From Moniliella sp. 'wahieum' (Eukaryota): a DNA stretch of 64,000 nucleotides. Both the position numbers and the translations under genes were made by a program. The notes beneath the pieces were generated by a model. It had not been told where the DNA came from. It saw nothing but the letters and a program-made list of their open reading frames with translations, and searched no databases. Positions within the stretch are counted from its first letter, which is position 1; each line of letters opens with the position of its first letter. The stretch covers positions 62,001-126,000 of the forward strand of contig RSEE01000009.1 of assembly GCA_003971905.1 (NCBI GenBank), written 5' to 3'. Below, one piece after another: positions 1 to 11,886 of the stretch.

Positions 1-399
1 GGGGGGTAAAGATGGGAATTCGGAAGCGTGGGGCCGTTCGTCATTCTCCTTTTTAACCCGGGCGGAGACTGGCTGCTCTCAGCGTGCCAAGCGCACGGGC
101 CACACGCTGGAGGTTATAATGAGGGGGGCCCGCGGGAACAGCAACACAACAGTTGGTGTGTGACGCAGTGAAGGTGTGCTGGCCGTGCTGGGGGTTGGGC
201 GCGAGGCGCAGTCGATGACTGGTGTGGCCTGGTGGGGCCCTCAGATCCCAGATGGGATCGATGACATCGGCACCTTTGATGCAAGGCTCCAAAACCACAC
301 AGTGATGCGCAATGTGGAACGATCGACGTGTGCCGTACTGGCTCAAGAGGAAAGCTAATAAAGCCGGCAGCTATGGTCTCAGCCAGTTTACACTCAGCA

Positions 400-422
400 T
401 GAGTACTGAGACTCAGTACTCA
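400..422. repeat. Perfect palindrome/hairpin, 11-bp arms
   Basis: TGAGTACTGAG-A-CTCAGTACTCA read directly from the sequence. Confidence 0.85.
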
Positions 423-647
423 GTCGGACTACTCAAGCTTCACGGGACTGTCGCAGGGTCAAGCCTGCGACGAGGAGAGTGCTGAGGAAATGATGATGCG
501 GCAGGTCGCCCTCATTGGCCCGATCACCATCGAGGATCTCAATCATGCGTCGACAGCTGTATCCGCGTTGCGATACAGATATTAGATCCCGCTATTACCG
601 GCGTTATAAAAGGGATCGAGAGGATTGAATATTGAATCTTGAGGCCT

Positions 648-683
648 GAGTAGGGGGGAATGGGCGAGTAAGGGGGAATGGGC
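648..683. repeat. 18-bp tandem duplication
   Basis: GAGTAGGGGGGAATGGGC followed by GAGTAAGGGGGAATGGGC (1 mismatch). Confidence 0.85.
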
Positions 684-1080
684 CTTTTGGCATTCTCGAG
701 AAGGCAGCAGAGCGGTGGAGACGCTACTATGGAAGCTAGTTGTTACTTTGGGGAACTTACAAGATTTAATGTTCCCAGTTGAAACAGGTTGAAACACCCA
801 TGACGTAGGGCGGCGCCTCCTGGTTCTACGTTGACGTCATGGACTTCTGGGGTCTACGTGTCTACTCGCTGTTGCATTAAGCTCAAGCCCATGGCTCATG
901 CCCTGCATGACACATGTCATTCCGGGACAGCTTGGCACCGCGAATACGCAGATCCATGATGGGTGGTTCCCGGTGATCATCAACATCATTGGCAGGTAAC
1001 CACCACCGGGAACGTGATTACATGAAACCCCAGTAGATGCGGAAGAGAGATGATCGATGATCGATGAGGGGTCCAAAAAA

Positions 1081-1158
1081 CAGGTCCAACAGGTCCAACA
1101 GGTCCAACAGGTCCAACAGGTCCAACAGGTCCAACAGGTCCAACAGGTCCAACAGGTC
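1081..1158. repeat. 9-bp minisatellite (CAGGTCCAA)x8.7
   Basis: Eight perfect units plus CAGGTC. It produces the spurious QVQ/CWT/PVG ORFs. Confidence 0.95.
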
Positions 1159-1747
1159 TCCAGCTTTCCAACCTGGTCAAGTTTTGTCCCACCGTCCCAG
1201 CTTCCGGTACTTGTAGTCGTCTTGTCATTTTCATCCATCACTGGCCGAGTTACGCCCCCAAAAGTGCAGAGGCATAGTGATGGTTTTGGTGACGCTCACA
1301 GCAATGGAAAAAAAGGAAGAACACGGAGAGGAAAAGGGATGAGGCGTATAATACGAGAGTGTTGCAAGTATTTTGGAGAGCGCATCTTTGGCGTAGCAGC
1401 CTAGTAGTGCAGCCATATCTGTCTATGCAGGTAGCCCACACACATACCACGTTGTAACATACAAGGTACGATACGGTACGATATTCCAAAGCAATTCAAT
1501 GTCCTGGCAGCGATGGAGTGCACAGGGAGGAGGAGGGGAGCATGGGTATGAACATAAAGGGTGGAAGGCCTCTGGAAACGATACCGGGCCCTCGCAGTAG
1601 ACGGGAAACAGGTGTGGCGTGCGATGCGCAAGATGGAGAGGGATGATACAGGGTGGATCTCTGACCGAACTCAGAATCGGGATCTGATGCGGGTGAGAAC
1701 GGTGGGAGAAAAGGATAAGAGAGGGGACAAGGGGGCATAGACAAAAC

Positions 1748-3022
1748 TCAATAGTTATCATCGAACCGAGGATCATAACGGACATCCGGTCGATCGTAGC
1801 GGTCATACCGCGCGCTCTGGGCCTGGGCGTCGCGCGCATCCCGCGCTTCGTAGCGTGTGTACCCGCTCGTCTGAGCCGGTGCCGCCCCCGAAGCGGTTGG
1901 GGCTGGAACATAGATCTGTCCCACCTCGGGTGCCGACGCTTGGGTCTTGGGAGGCGGTGCAGGAGGCGGGTAGGCAGTTTGGGTATACGCGTTATCGTAG
2001 GCGTCCCCACGCTGGTAGTTCAGGTACTGGTTGCTGCCCACTGGCTTCAATCCGGGGGTGGAGATGGAAGTGGAGTGTTTCGCTTCGTGGTCCCATTCGG
2101 GTTGGAGGGGCGTGCTCTGGTACTTCCTCCTTCTCATACCGTAGCAGGACCGACCAGGCTCGCAGCAGGCCACCAGAAGAGGAATGATGCTCAATAGTGC
2201 ACAGCCGAACGCGGCCCAGCTGAGCCAGAGAGCATTGCCATAGTCCAAACCAAACTCCTGGTTAATGTGAACGGATTGAGCTCGTCACGAATAATGCCCA
2301 GCATGGCGGTCCAAATTGCTGCTCCGACACCAAGAAGGACAGCGGTAAGGAGAGAAGCGAGGGATGCGAGAAACAGAGCAAAACGCTCTCCATTGAGCAA
2401 GCTCAGAGCCAAGACACGCCCGCCAAGATGGTGCCGATAAAGAAAAGATAAAACGTGCCACGGGAAAGGTGAGCGAGCCAGGATGGATTGGTGATTTTAT
2501 TCAGCTTGGATGGGTCATGCTGCCCCCCGACCCATCATTTGAAAGGGCGCCGGCAGGGATGTTATCCGACCCAATATCGGCATCAAAGGTCTGAACTGGC
2601 TCGAAGGGGTGGCCAAATTCGTTGGAAGAACAAGAACGGTTGGAGCTACCGGCACCACCATCGCTTCCACATACGCTGTACATTCCCCACCAGTAGTTGA
2701 ATCGTGCGCCGTTGCCAGCGAGGAGTGGGGCGGACTGATTCGAGGCAAAGATCGGTTGCGCCCCGCTTGTATCGGCTTGTGCAACCCGAGTGGCAAAGCC
2801 AGTGAGATTGAGATGAGCGAGATAAATGTGGCGTTCGACCCGGCCAGTGCCAATCTGACCGACGTTGACAAAGATCATCAGCACCATGGCGGCGCACATG
2901 AGAAAGGAGCCTGCAATGAGGAATGTGGGGAAGGGACGGTCATTAGTCGGCTGTCGTGTCATACACGCATAAGTTGCGGTACCTGAATACGCACCAATTC
3001 CGCAACAGACACCTCGAGGCAT
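1748..3022 (-). CDS. SUR7/PalI-family tetraspan membrane protein (frameshifted in assembly)
   Basis: N-terminal TM, extracellular WWGMYSVC motif with a second Cys, three more hydrophobic helices (FALFLASLASLLTAVLLGVGAAIWT, YGNALWLSWAAFGCALL) and a Pro/Tyr-rich tail. Intron 2911-2994 (GTGCGT...ACTAAT...TGCAG). Confidence 0.8.
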
Positions 3023-3830
3023 GGCGGTGGATGGAGGTGAATGATGGTGATGGAGTAGAATCTGTCAGTGGTTCTTCTTTGGGCAGGCACCGCAGTAGAA
3101 TCTTGGTCGGCTGGCTCCCAGTCCAAGTAGAATCCACCCGGCAAGGGCACAGCGCCGCTCATTAAACTCGGCCGCAGCGGCGGAGCCACGCATGAACGTT
3201 TCAAGCGTATTCTAGGTTCGTCGAACGTTTAACGTGCAAATTGCAAAGTGTTCCGATTCCGCTCTGAAAGCTTCAGCGTGCAAGTGTGCAACTGGGACTC
3301 ACGTGATGTATGATGCAGTGAGCAGAGTGCCGGAGGTAAGACGGGGGTTAAAGCTGTTAAAGACGTTAAAGCATCATCAACTGCACCACCACCTCGCCGC
3401 GGCCCGCGGCCGGCTGGCTTAGCCTGGAGACGGTAATACAGAGCTGGGGCTCGGTCACCTCTATCTCCGACGGCGGCCATGTGGCTGATGCCAACGTGCG
3501 GGTGCGCAGATGGCTGCTGCGCGCTCCTCTGCTCTGCTGCTGAGCGTGGAACGCTGAACGCCGACGATGGCGACCAAATGACGCGGGTTGGGGTCCGTGC
3601 GTCGCGGATGCCTGGGTTGGGCTATTTCTTCAGTGCGCCCAACATTGACTGGGTAGCTTTGGAGCGATGATAGATGAAGCTTGAAGCTTGAAGCTTGAGA
3701 TCACAGAGCTGGTGCACTGGGGCTTGTGGTTGGATATCATAAGGGAGGCCCCAACACAAAGGGCGCTGAATGGCCCAGGGTAGCCCCTACGCCACAATGT
3801 CGCTCCGCCTCGGTCTCGGGTTATAGTCCG

Positions 3831-4041
3831 TGTTGACCACCAGTGGTCTAGAGCCCATCGGCCTTCAGTGACACGTGGCCCGATCCACACAGTGCACCGG
3901 GGCAGTGAGTTCCGACCCTTCCACGGGTTTCCACTGGCCTCCAGGCCAGGAGCCTATCAAGGCCCATAGCTCTAGCTCTCCTTAGCTCTTGAATGCCATC
4001 TCCATCGACCATCGCCAGCATCGCTAGCTAGGCCTGTGAAA
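3831..4041 (+). repeat. 5' LTR of copia element
   Basis: Starts TGTTGACC and ends GTGAAA; matches 8880-9090. Confidence 0.95.
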
Positions 4042-4187
4042 GAGCTACAATCTGAAGCACCCCACTGGCGCAAAGGATCAATACTCAGCACCACCATCGG
4101 CGCCCACCGTCACCACCACCACCCCAACGCCACCATCGGCACCACACACCAACCAATTCAAAAAAAACAAAGGAAAAATCAGCCACC

Positions 4188-5418
4188 ATGCCCCCCGAAC
4201 TGGAAGAAAACACCCCTCCTCCCGAAGTCTCTGTCATCGAAGAGGCGCAGGACATCGACGAACCGACCACCACCCCTGTCTCCGACCCGACCTGGCAACA
4301 GGCCCTCACCGACGTCAGAGACAACCTCCTCGCAAGCACCCGCGCGTTCAAGCCCACCAGCGCTGACAATCTCCGCTCCACATGCCGCTCGTTCGCTACG
4401 GATGCACACACGGCGGCGTATGGACCGAAGAGCAAGAAAACACCGGGCGGAAAGGAAAATTGGATCTACACGCTCACCCTCGCGTTGGAGAAATATGTAT
4501 TGGCCGTTGAATTCACGAAGCCGCAAAACACCCGTGAGGCCCTTGCATCCGCGAGTGAGGACATGGCCGAGCTTCGCCACGCTGAGAAACGCGCGTCAAA
4601 AGAGATCGAGCGTACCAACGCGACGCGCAAGGACGCTTTCCGCGACCCCACCGAATATGTGCTCTGGGAGCCCTCCATCCTCAACATCCTGGACCGCATC
4701 CACCCCGCCGCGAAGGACATCGTTCGCTCCGGTCCATCGTCACCACACTACGACTCGTCCCTCGATCTACGCCTCCAGAACCTTCTGTGGTCCCACCTCC
4801 CGAACGACGTTCAATCTGCCATTATTGCACAGGACAACGTTGACACGTCAGCTGACTTGCTCCGTGCCCTGCGAAACAAATACGGTACGGTCGACTGCAA
4901 GACGTATCATGAATTGTCCAGTCGCTTTCACCACTGCTACCAAAACCGGCGCAGCGGGAGCGAGTTCCTATCTGAAATGGGGACGCTCCGCAACCGGATC
5001 AGCGCAACCACACCGATGTCGGACGAGCAATTCCGCCGTATCCTCGTCGGGGCCCTCCGCGACCCTGGTGACCGTCGCCGCCTAGAGCATGACTCTGGCG
5101 GAGACAATGCAAGACGTGGAGAGAATCCCAGCGGACCCAGAGTACAGAATTCCGTACCGGGGCCGTCACCCCCGGACCGCCAACTCGGGCGCTGGCAAAC
5201 ACGACAGCGCGGGATCCCAGCAGCATAGCGGGGGTCCTCCTGCCGGTGCATCTCCCCGTAGCGGGGGTGCTCTTGCGAGAAAGCCGTCCGGCCACACCGG
5301 GGTTCCTTCGAACAACAAATGGCACCGCAACAGCTCCGCGCGAGCGCACATTGCCACCGAAGACGACGTCTCCGAAGGGGAGACCCTGTCTGTGGACCTT
5401 GCCCTATCTGACAAATAG
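4188..5418 (+). CDS. gag: Gag of copia element
   Basis: ORF 4188-5228 with gag-like helical segments (LLRALRNKYG, YHELSSRF, FRRILVGAL). It appears to continue after an indel near 5085 into frame 5089-5418 (AHIATEDD) and ends at TAG. No CCHC knuckle seen. Confidence 0.75.
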
Positions 5419-8400
5419 GAACTCGCGGGCAACCAGGACATCCAGTCTCGTCACGACTCGGGCGCGGATCCTAGCATCTGGAAGGATCTCAGGGTATTCA
5501 AAACCCTCAAGCCCAGCAACCGCTCAATCGAAATCGCTGATGGAAAACATATTAAAGCCAGTGGACGCGGAACATGTAGCATCGGTATCAAGTGTACCGA
5601 CGGCAAATGTATCCATGTAGACCTACCCGGCAGTCTATACGTCCCCGGCATAGCAAGCAATCTCACGAGCGTAGCGCAAATAAGTGACGCAGGCCACGCA
5701 TCCTGGTTCGCCCCCACCGAAAAGGTATCTGGTTAAATGACAAGCATGGCAAATATCACCAAATCGCGGATTCCTCATACAAGCTGAACATCGTCCCGAA
5801 ACCGACACCCACAAACGAACACGCGGCCAAAGCTGCCGTCGCCACCCAACACACCGCAGCCAACACCATCGAGCACGTCATGTACGTTCACCAACAGTAC
5901 AACCACGCCGCGCTAGACCTACTCCCGACACTAACCGCCAACGCGCGAGCGAGCCTCCGCGTCAGCCCTGCCCAAATCCGACGCATCCGCCCCTTCTGGC
6001 ATTGTCCCACCTGCACAAAAGCTCTGGCCAAAGCGCCCAGCCACCCTTCGCGCCACGGCCGCCGCATTTCGGAACGTCCTTTCGAAGTACTGCACGCCGA
6101 CGTAGTCGACCTCCCTCGCATCACTGGCATGGGACATGGATACGCCCTGGTCGCGGTTGATGACTGGAGCCGTTACACCTTCGCTGTTCCCCTAAAGACG
6201 AAAGGACAAGCCACGGCGGAGCTGAAAAAACTCATCACCCGCGAGCAACGCATCGGAAAGGACCGTCTGCTTCGCATCTTGAAGACAGACAATGCCCCCG
6301 AGCTCACCAGCGCACTCCGTCCGTTCCTTGAATCCGAAGGTATCACGACGGAAACCACCATACCAGGCCAAAGTCAATCAAATGGGGTGGCCGAGCGAGC
6401 CATCCAGGCAATCACCACACGCGCGCGCCAACTCATCATCGCCTCGGGCCTCCCGACATCAAACTGGTGGCAGGATGCCTTGCTGGCAGGGTGCTGGACG
6501 CACAACCTCATGCCACCGACATCTCCACGCCAGGGCACACAATCTCGGGCTGAGCTGTACAAGGGGTCACCCCCACCGCTGCCAATGCACGCCTTCGGAT
6601 CCTTGGCGTACCTTCACCTGGCCCAGGACCAACGTGACCATAAGCTCAGTCCGCGGGCTGTCGAAGCCATGCTCGTCGGGTACGACGCAGGTCGAGGTAC
6701 AAAGGGTTGGCGCTGGGCTGTGTACGACCCGTCCATGGGCACGTTCCGATCCCAATGGGCAAAACCATACAAGTGGACCCAGCGCCAATACCACGAGGTT
6801 TTCCCCGACCGCTTTCCGCCTGACGTATCTCGCTTCCCCGCTCAACCCCTGCCTGACAGAACTATGACTGACACTGAAACCAAAAAGGGAGAAGAAAAAA
6901 TGAACAAAATTGAAGTTGCAAATCCCAACACACCACCGAGAATCAACACTGATACTGACGCGACCATCGCAAGACAAAACGACACCCATCCAACCACCCC
7001 CACCACCAGACGGTACCCCGCCCGGACCCACCAGCGCCGTTTTGACCTTGACTGGGCACAGCTCCCCGTAGCGGACGACCCTCATGATGGTGACTTCCAC
7101 GCACACGCTGCCGCGCTGCCTCCGGTTCCCCTCCCTGACGGTAGTCGTAGTCCTGCGATCGGCCTACGCTTCCCACTGCCCGACACTGCCCTGCCCGCGT
7201 ACAGCGACGGTCTCCATCCACCTGAATACAAGGCGATGATCGCCCTTAGCGAGCCAGGGCCGCACGAGCGCATCCAGCTCACCAAGGACGGAGTACCTGT
7301 TGCACCCAAGACAATGAAGGGCCTCCAATCACACCCCTCATTCGAACCAGTGCTGGAGGCGATGCGCACGGAAATCGACACCCTAGCCCGCTACGGCACA
7401 TTCGAAGTCGTCACGCCCCCTCCAGACGCGCAGCTGCTGATTGGTCTGTGGCGCATCAACACCAAAACGGACGCGGACGGAAATTTCCTACGCTACCGAG
7501 CCCGTCTCGTTGCCGGGGGCCACCAGCAGGATGCTGACACATGGGGACAAACATTCGCCCTGCCGTGCGCACTCCTGCCATCCTCAGCCTTATCGCCCTT
7601 GCTGGAAAGTTCGGCCTCCACCTCTTCACTGCTGATGTGCACTCTGCCTATTTGAACGCTCCCCTCAAAAAGTGTACCTCCGCCCACCCCCATTCTTTCC
7701 CGAGGAAAAAGGCAAGGTCTGGCGTCTCCGGAAAAGCCTATATGGCCTCCACCAATCCGGCGCAAACTGGGCGGTATTCATCCGTGACTTGCTCCGCGGA
7801 GACATGGGTTTTGTACAATCTCTGGCTGAGCCGTGCTTGTTCATCCGACCCCGTAAAGGCGACACGGTCCTCCTTGCCGTGCACACCGACGATCTTCTCA
7901 TCGCCTGCACGTCTCACGCACGCTACGATTCCTTCCTCACTGAGATCAACACCCATATCGAGGTGCGGGGAAACGGCCCCCTACACTACCATCTTGGCTG
8001 CCAGTACGACACCATAAACGGGAAACTGTACCTTAGCCAGCCAAAATTCATTGAGGAATCCATTGCCAAACATGAGGTTCCGCCACCCCTGGTTATGGGC
8101 CTCCCCCACCCCAGCAAGATGATCCCCGCGCGCACCGACCCCGAACCGCCCGCACTGCCCGCCGAGAGACGCGACTACCAAGCCAAAGTAGGATCTGGGC
8201 TGTGGGCTGCCGCATGTGCCGCCCTGATGCGCTGTTCGGCATCTCAGCTCTAAGCCGAGCAACTGCCGATCCCTCCAAGGCCCACCGCGCTGCGGCAACA
8301 AACTTCCTCCGCTACCTCTACGGTACCAAGGGCTACGGTCTCCGACTAACACCCGAGCCTGACGCACCCGCTCTCGCGCTATACACGGATGCCGACCTGG

Positions 8401-9018
8401 CTGGAGACCCTGACCAATGGCGTTCCACGTCGGGATGCCTGCTTTTCGTCTACGGGGTTCCAGTGTCCTGGAGGCGTGCGTCAACCCAAGAGCGTCACCA
8501 ACACTGCTGCGGCCGAATATACGGCGGGATATGAGGGCCTCATTGATGCGAACTACGTTAAAAACATCTTACTGGAGCTCGGTGCCATCACCTCAGACGA
8601 GCCCATACACTGGTACTGCGACAACATGGCGGCACTTGCCTTGGCCGAAAAAGTGGGCAGCACGGGCAAACTACGTGAGCTGAACATCCGGTACCACAAC
8701 GTACGCCAGCATGTCGACTCGGGCGAAGTCAAAATCGCGCACATTGCTGGAAACGAGAACCCGGCCGACATCCTCACCAAACCAGCCACTAAGGTCTCAC
8801 TCCTGGCCAACTTGCCTCGCCTCAAGCTTGAGGACGTTACAACCTTCCATCGTGCCACTGAGACCTCTGGCCAGGGGGGTGTTGACCACCAGTGGTCTAG
8901 AGCCCATCGGCCTTCAGTGACACGTGGCCCGATCCACACAGTGCACCGGGGCAGTGAGTTCCGACCCTTCCACGGGTTTCCACTGGCCTCCAGGCCAGGA
9001 GCCTATCAAGGCCCATAG
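5419..9018 (+). CDS. pol: Pol of copia element (protease, integrase, RT, RNase H), several indels
   Basis: Protease HDSGA and LYVPG..NLTSV; integrase H-x4-H...CPTC, HADVV, KTDNAPE, SNGVAER; RT RARLVAGG, LRKSLYGL, HTDD; RNase H YTDADLAGD, STSG, NPADILTK. The ORF runs into the 3' LTR. Confidence 0.93.
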
Positions 9019-9090
9019 CTCTAGCTCTCCTTAGCTCTTGAATGCCATCTCCATCGACCATCGCCAGCATCGCTAGCTAGGCCTGTGACA
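8880..9090 (+). repeat. 3' LTR of copia element
   Basis: TG...CA, preceded by the PPT and followed by TSD GTCCG. Confidence 0.95.
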
Positions 9091-9200
9091 GTCCGCCGCA
9101 AGACACCGGCGCCGCAAAGGCCTGCTGGTGGATTAATTAATTAATCGGTTGACAGCCGAGCAAGGCCGAGCAGAGCCGAGGGTCGTATCGTCATGATGGG

Positions 9201-9237
9201 ATGGTATAGCATGGTACGGTATGGTATGGTATGGTAT
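9201..9237. repeat. Degenerate (ATGGT)n microsatellite upstream of G6PD
   Basis: ATGGTATAGCATGGTACGGTATGGTATGGTATGGTAT. Confidence 0.8.
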
Positions 9238-9567
9238 ATCGTGCCGCGTCGTATCGCCGACAGCCCGGGAGGTTGCCTGTCTGCGCGGCATCAGCCGTAT
9301 CAGCACTCGTACTCAGCCAGCACTCAGCTGGGGCTGTCCACACGAGCCCCACGGTTGCATTCCGCGCATTATGACTACTGTGACATGGCCGCAGGCGCGG
9401 CATAGCAAACGGTGCAAACGTCTCTAGGCGGTGGGCCAATCCGAGCTGCTCTCCGGGGTTTTTATTCACCCCCCTCTCCGCTCGAGCGCGCGGAGAAGGC
9501 ACTCACACTCACACCATTCTGCCTCTTTCTCTCCTTGTCCCTTCTCCTGCTATAACCCCCGCCGCGG

Positions 9568-11258
9568 ATGGCTACCATGAGCCACGGACCGCACCCCTCG
9601 CCCAGTGGCCAGCTGGCGTCCGAGGTGGTCATTGTCGTGCTCGGCGCCTCGGGCGATCTGGCGCGCAAAAAGACGTTCCCGGCGCTGTTCAACCTGTACT
9701 GCTTGGGCCTGCTGCCAGCGCAGACGAGCATCATTGGGTATGCGCGTACCCCGCTCGACAAGCAGGCGTTTGACGAGCGGGTCGGGAGCCAGCTCACCCG
9801 AGTGTCGTCCCGAAGCAGAAGAGACCGTGTCTGCCTTTCTCGGCCTGACCCGCTACATTGCTGGATCGTACGACGAGGCGGCGTTCCAAGTGCTGGAGCA
9901 GGCGATTCAAGCGATTGAGGCGCAGCGCGGTGTGCGCCAAGCCGGCTCCCACCGTCTTCTACATGGCCCTTCCGCCGAGTGTGTTTATCCCGGTGGCCCG
10001 CCACCTCAAGAAGAAACAACTAGCTCCTCATGGTTCCAATCGCATCGTGCTGGAAAAACCGTTTGGGAAGGACCTCGCGTCGTGTCAGGCAATGCTCGGT
10101 GCACTCAAGCCACTGGCGGAGAAGAGGAAACGTCCGTACGTACTCGAGGACAGTTGATCTTCTTCTCACTTATTCCCACCCTTCATCCCCCTACATTACG
10201 CGCGTGTACTAATGTTCTGCGCCTGCCACATCCACCTCGATTCCATTTCGGATCACAGGCATCGACCACTACCTGGGTAAGGAGATGGTGAAGAATATCT
10301 TGATCGTTCGCTTTGCCAATCCGGCATCGAAGCGACGCTCAACAACAAGTACGTGTCCAATGTCCAGATCACGTTCAAGGAGCCCTTTGGCACCGAAGGT
10401 CGCGGCGGGTACTTTGATGAGTTTGGCATCATTCGCGACATTGAGCAAAACCACCTGTGCCAAGTCTTGTCGCTTGTTGCCATGGAGCAACCCCATTCGC
10501 TCGACGCGGAAGCCATCAGGGACGCCAAGGTGGCCATGCTAAAAGACATCCCGCCCGTCGCAATGGAGGATGTGCTGTTGGGACAGTACATTGCAGCGGG
10601 GGGAAAACCGGGCTACCTAGATGATCCCACCGTGCCTGATGCTAGCAACTGTCCTACCTTTGCTGCGTTGGCATTGTGGGTCAACAATGCGCGTTGGCGC
10701 GGTGTCCCCTTTCTACTCAAGGCGGGCAAAGCATTGAACGAGGCCAAGGTGGAAATTCGTGTGCAATACAAGGACCCGGAGAACAACCTCTTTTCCCACC
10801 CGGACGAGGGTCTGATGCGCAACGAACTTGTGCTCCGCGTCCAACCTGGGGAAGCGGTTTATGCCAAAGTGAATGCCAAAGCGCCGGGCTTAACCTACGA
10901 TCTGGTCAATGCCGAACTCGACTTGACCTACAAGGGCCGGTTTAGTGGTGCGCGGATTCCTGAGGCGTACGAAACGTTGATCTACGATGCGTTGGTCGGG
11001 GACCACAGCAAGTTTGTCCGAGATGACGAGTTGGAAGCCAGCTGGTCCATCTTTACCCCGCTGCTCCACGCGATTGATCGGGGGGAGCTGATGCCCGAGC
11101 CGTATGCGTACGGATCCCGGGGTCCCAAGGCGCTCAACGACTGGGTTGCCAAGTACGGATTCAAGTACAAAAACCACAATTACAATTGGCCCACGACCGA
11201 TGTCCGTCGCATTTCCTATTCGGCTGTCAGCCATTTGCCAACGCACCCGGGGCGTTGA
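9568..11258 (+). CDS. ZWF1: Glucose-6-phosphate 1-dehydrogenase
   Basis: GASGDLARKK NADP motif, YMALPP, EKPFG, (R)IDHYLGKEMV, EGRGGYFDEFGIIRD, LKAGKAL, PEAYE. Intron 10136-10258 (GTACGT...TACTAAT...CAG). TATA-like TATAA near 9551. Confidence 0.96.
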
Positions 11259-11886
11259 TCTAGCCTCTATCTACCCCCCCCTCGTTCCCCCGCTTGTCTC
11301 TCGCGTTCGATGGGCCATCGACTCGGGACACATGGCACTGACGCGTTGGAGGGTCAGACACACATTTCGTCCATTGCAGCATACGGCTTGTCGCGCGCTT
11401 AGGAGTAGAGGATAGGAAGGAGGTATGTGACTGGCTATAGGAGGTGGGAGTGCTGGACCATACAAAGAGTCTGTATGTAGAGCGTTGGGCAGGACCGCTC
11501 TTCTCACATCTCCCATTAGACCTCGCATCTACCATCTTGTCGTTTGAGGCCATGCTCTGACAATTGGTGGTGGACTCTGCGCTCACATACGTGGCAGGGA
11601 GACAGGGCCGTCCTGGGCATCCTCTCACTTCTGGCAGGGGATGCCGCCTTGCGACGACTACGAATGTCAAGCGAAGGGAAGGGAGGATGGGCATCCAAAC
11701 GAGGCAACAGCTCGAGTGGGCAAAATGCATAAAGAGGGAAGAGCAACCGACGATCAGGCCTCAGGGATCTCAGAACGGGTGAACCGTCGAATCAGACAAA
11801 ACACAAACGAAAGTGCGTGTCGGCCAGAGGGCGAGGGAAGGAGACTAAAATTAAACCGGACCGGTTAGTGGTTAGTTAATAGGGAC

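Larger units (their letters stand above)
3831..9090 (+). mobile_element. Full-length Ty1/copia LTR retrotransposon
   Basis: 211-bp LTRs identical at 210/211 positions; 5-bp TSD GTCCG (3826-3830 and 9091-9095); PPT AGGGGGG at 8873-8879; domain order gag-PR-IN-RT-RH. Confidence 0.97.

Noticed and set aside
837..1404. ORFs with CWT, PVG (collagen-like) or QVQ repeats
   Set aside because: All are translations of the (CAGGTCCAA)n minisatellite; no other coding evidence.
5060..5100. Ty1/Ty3-type +1 frameshift site within gag
   Set aside because: No CTTAGGC or GCGAGTT heptamer; loss of one AG in CTAGAG(AG)CATG explains the shift as an assembly error.
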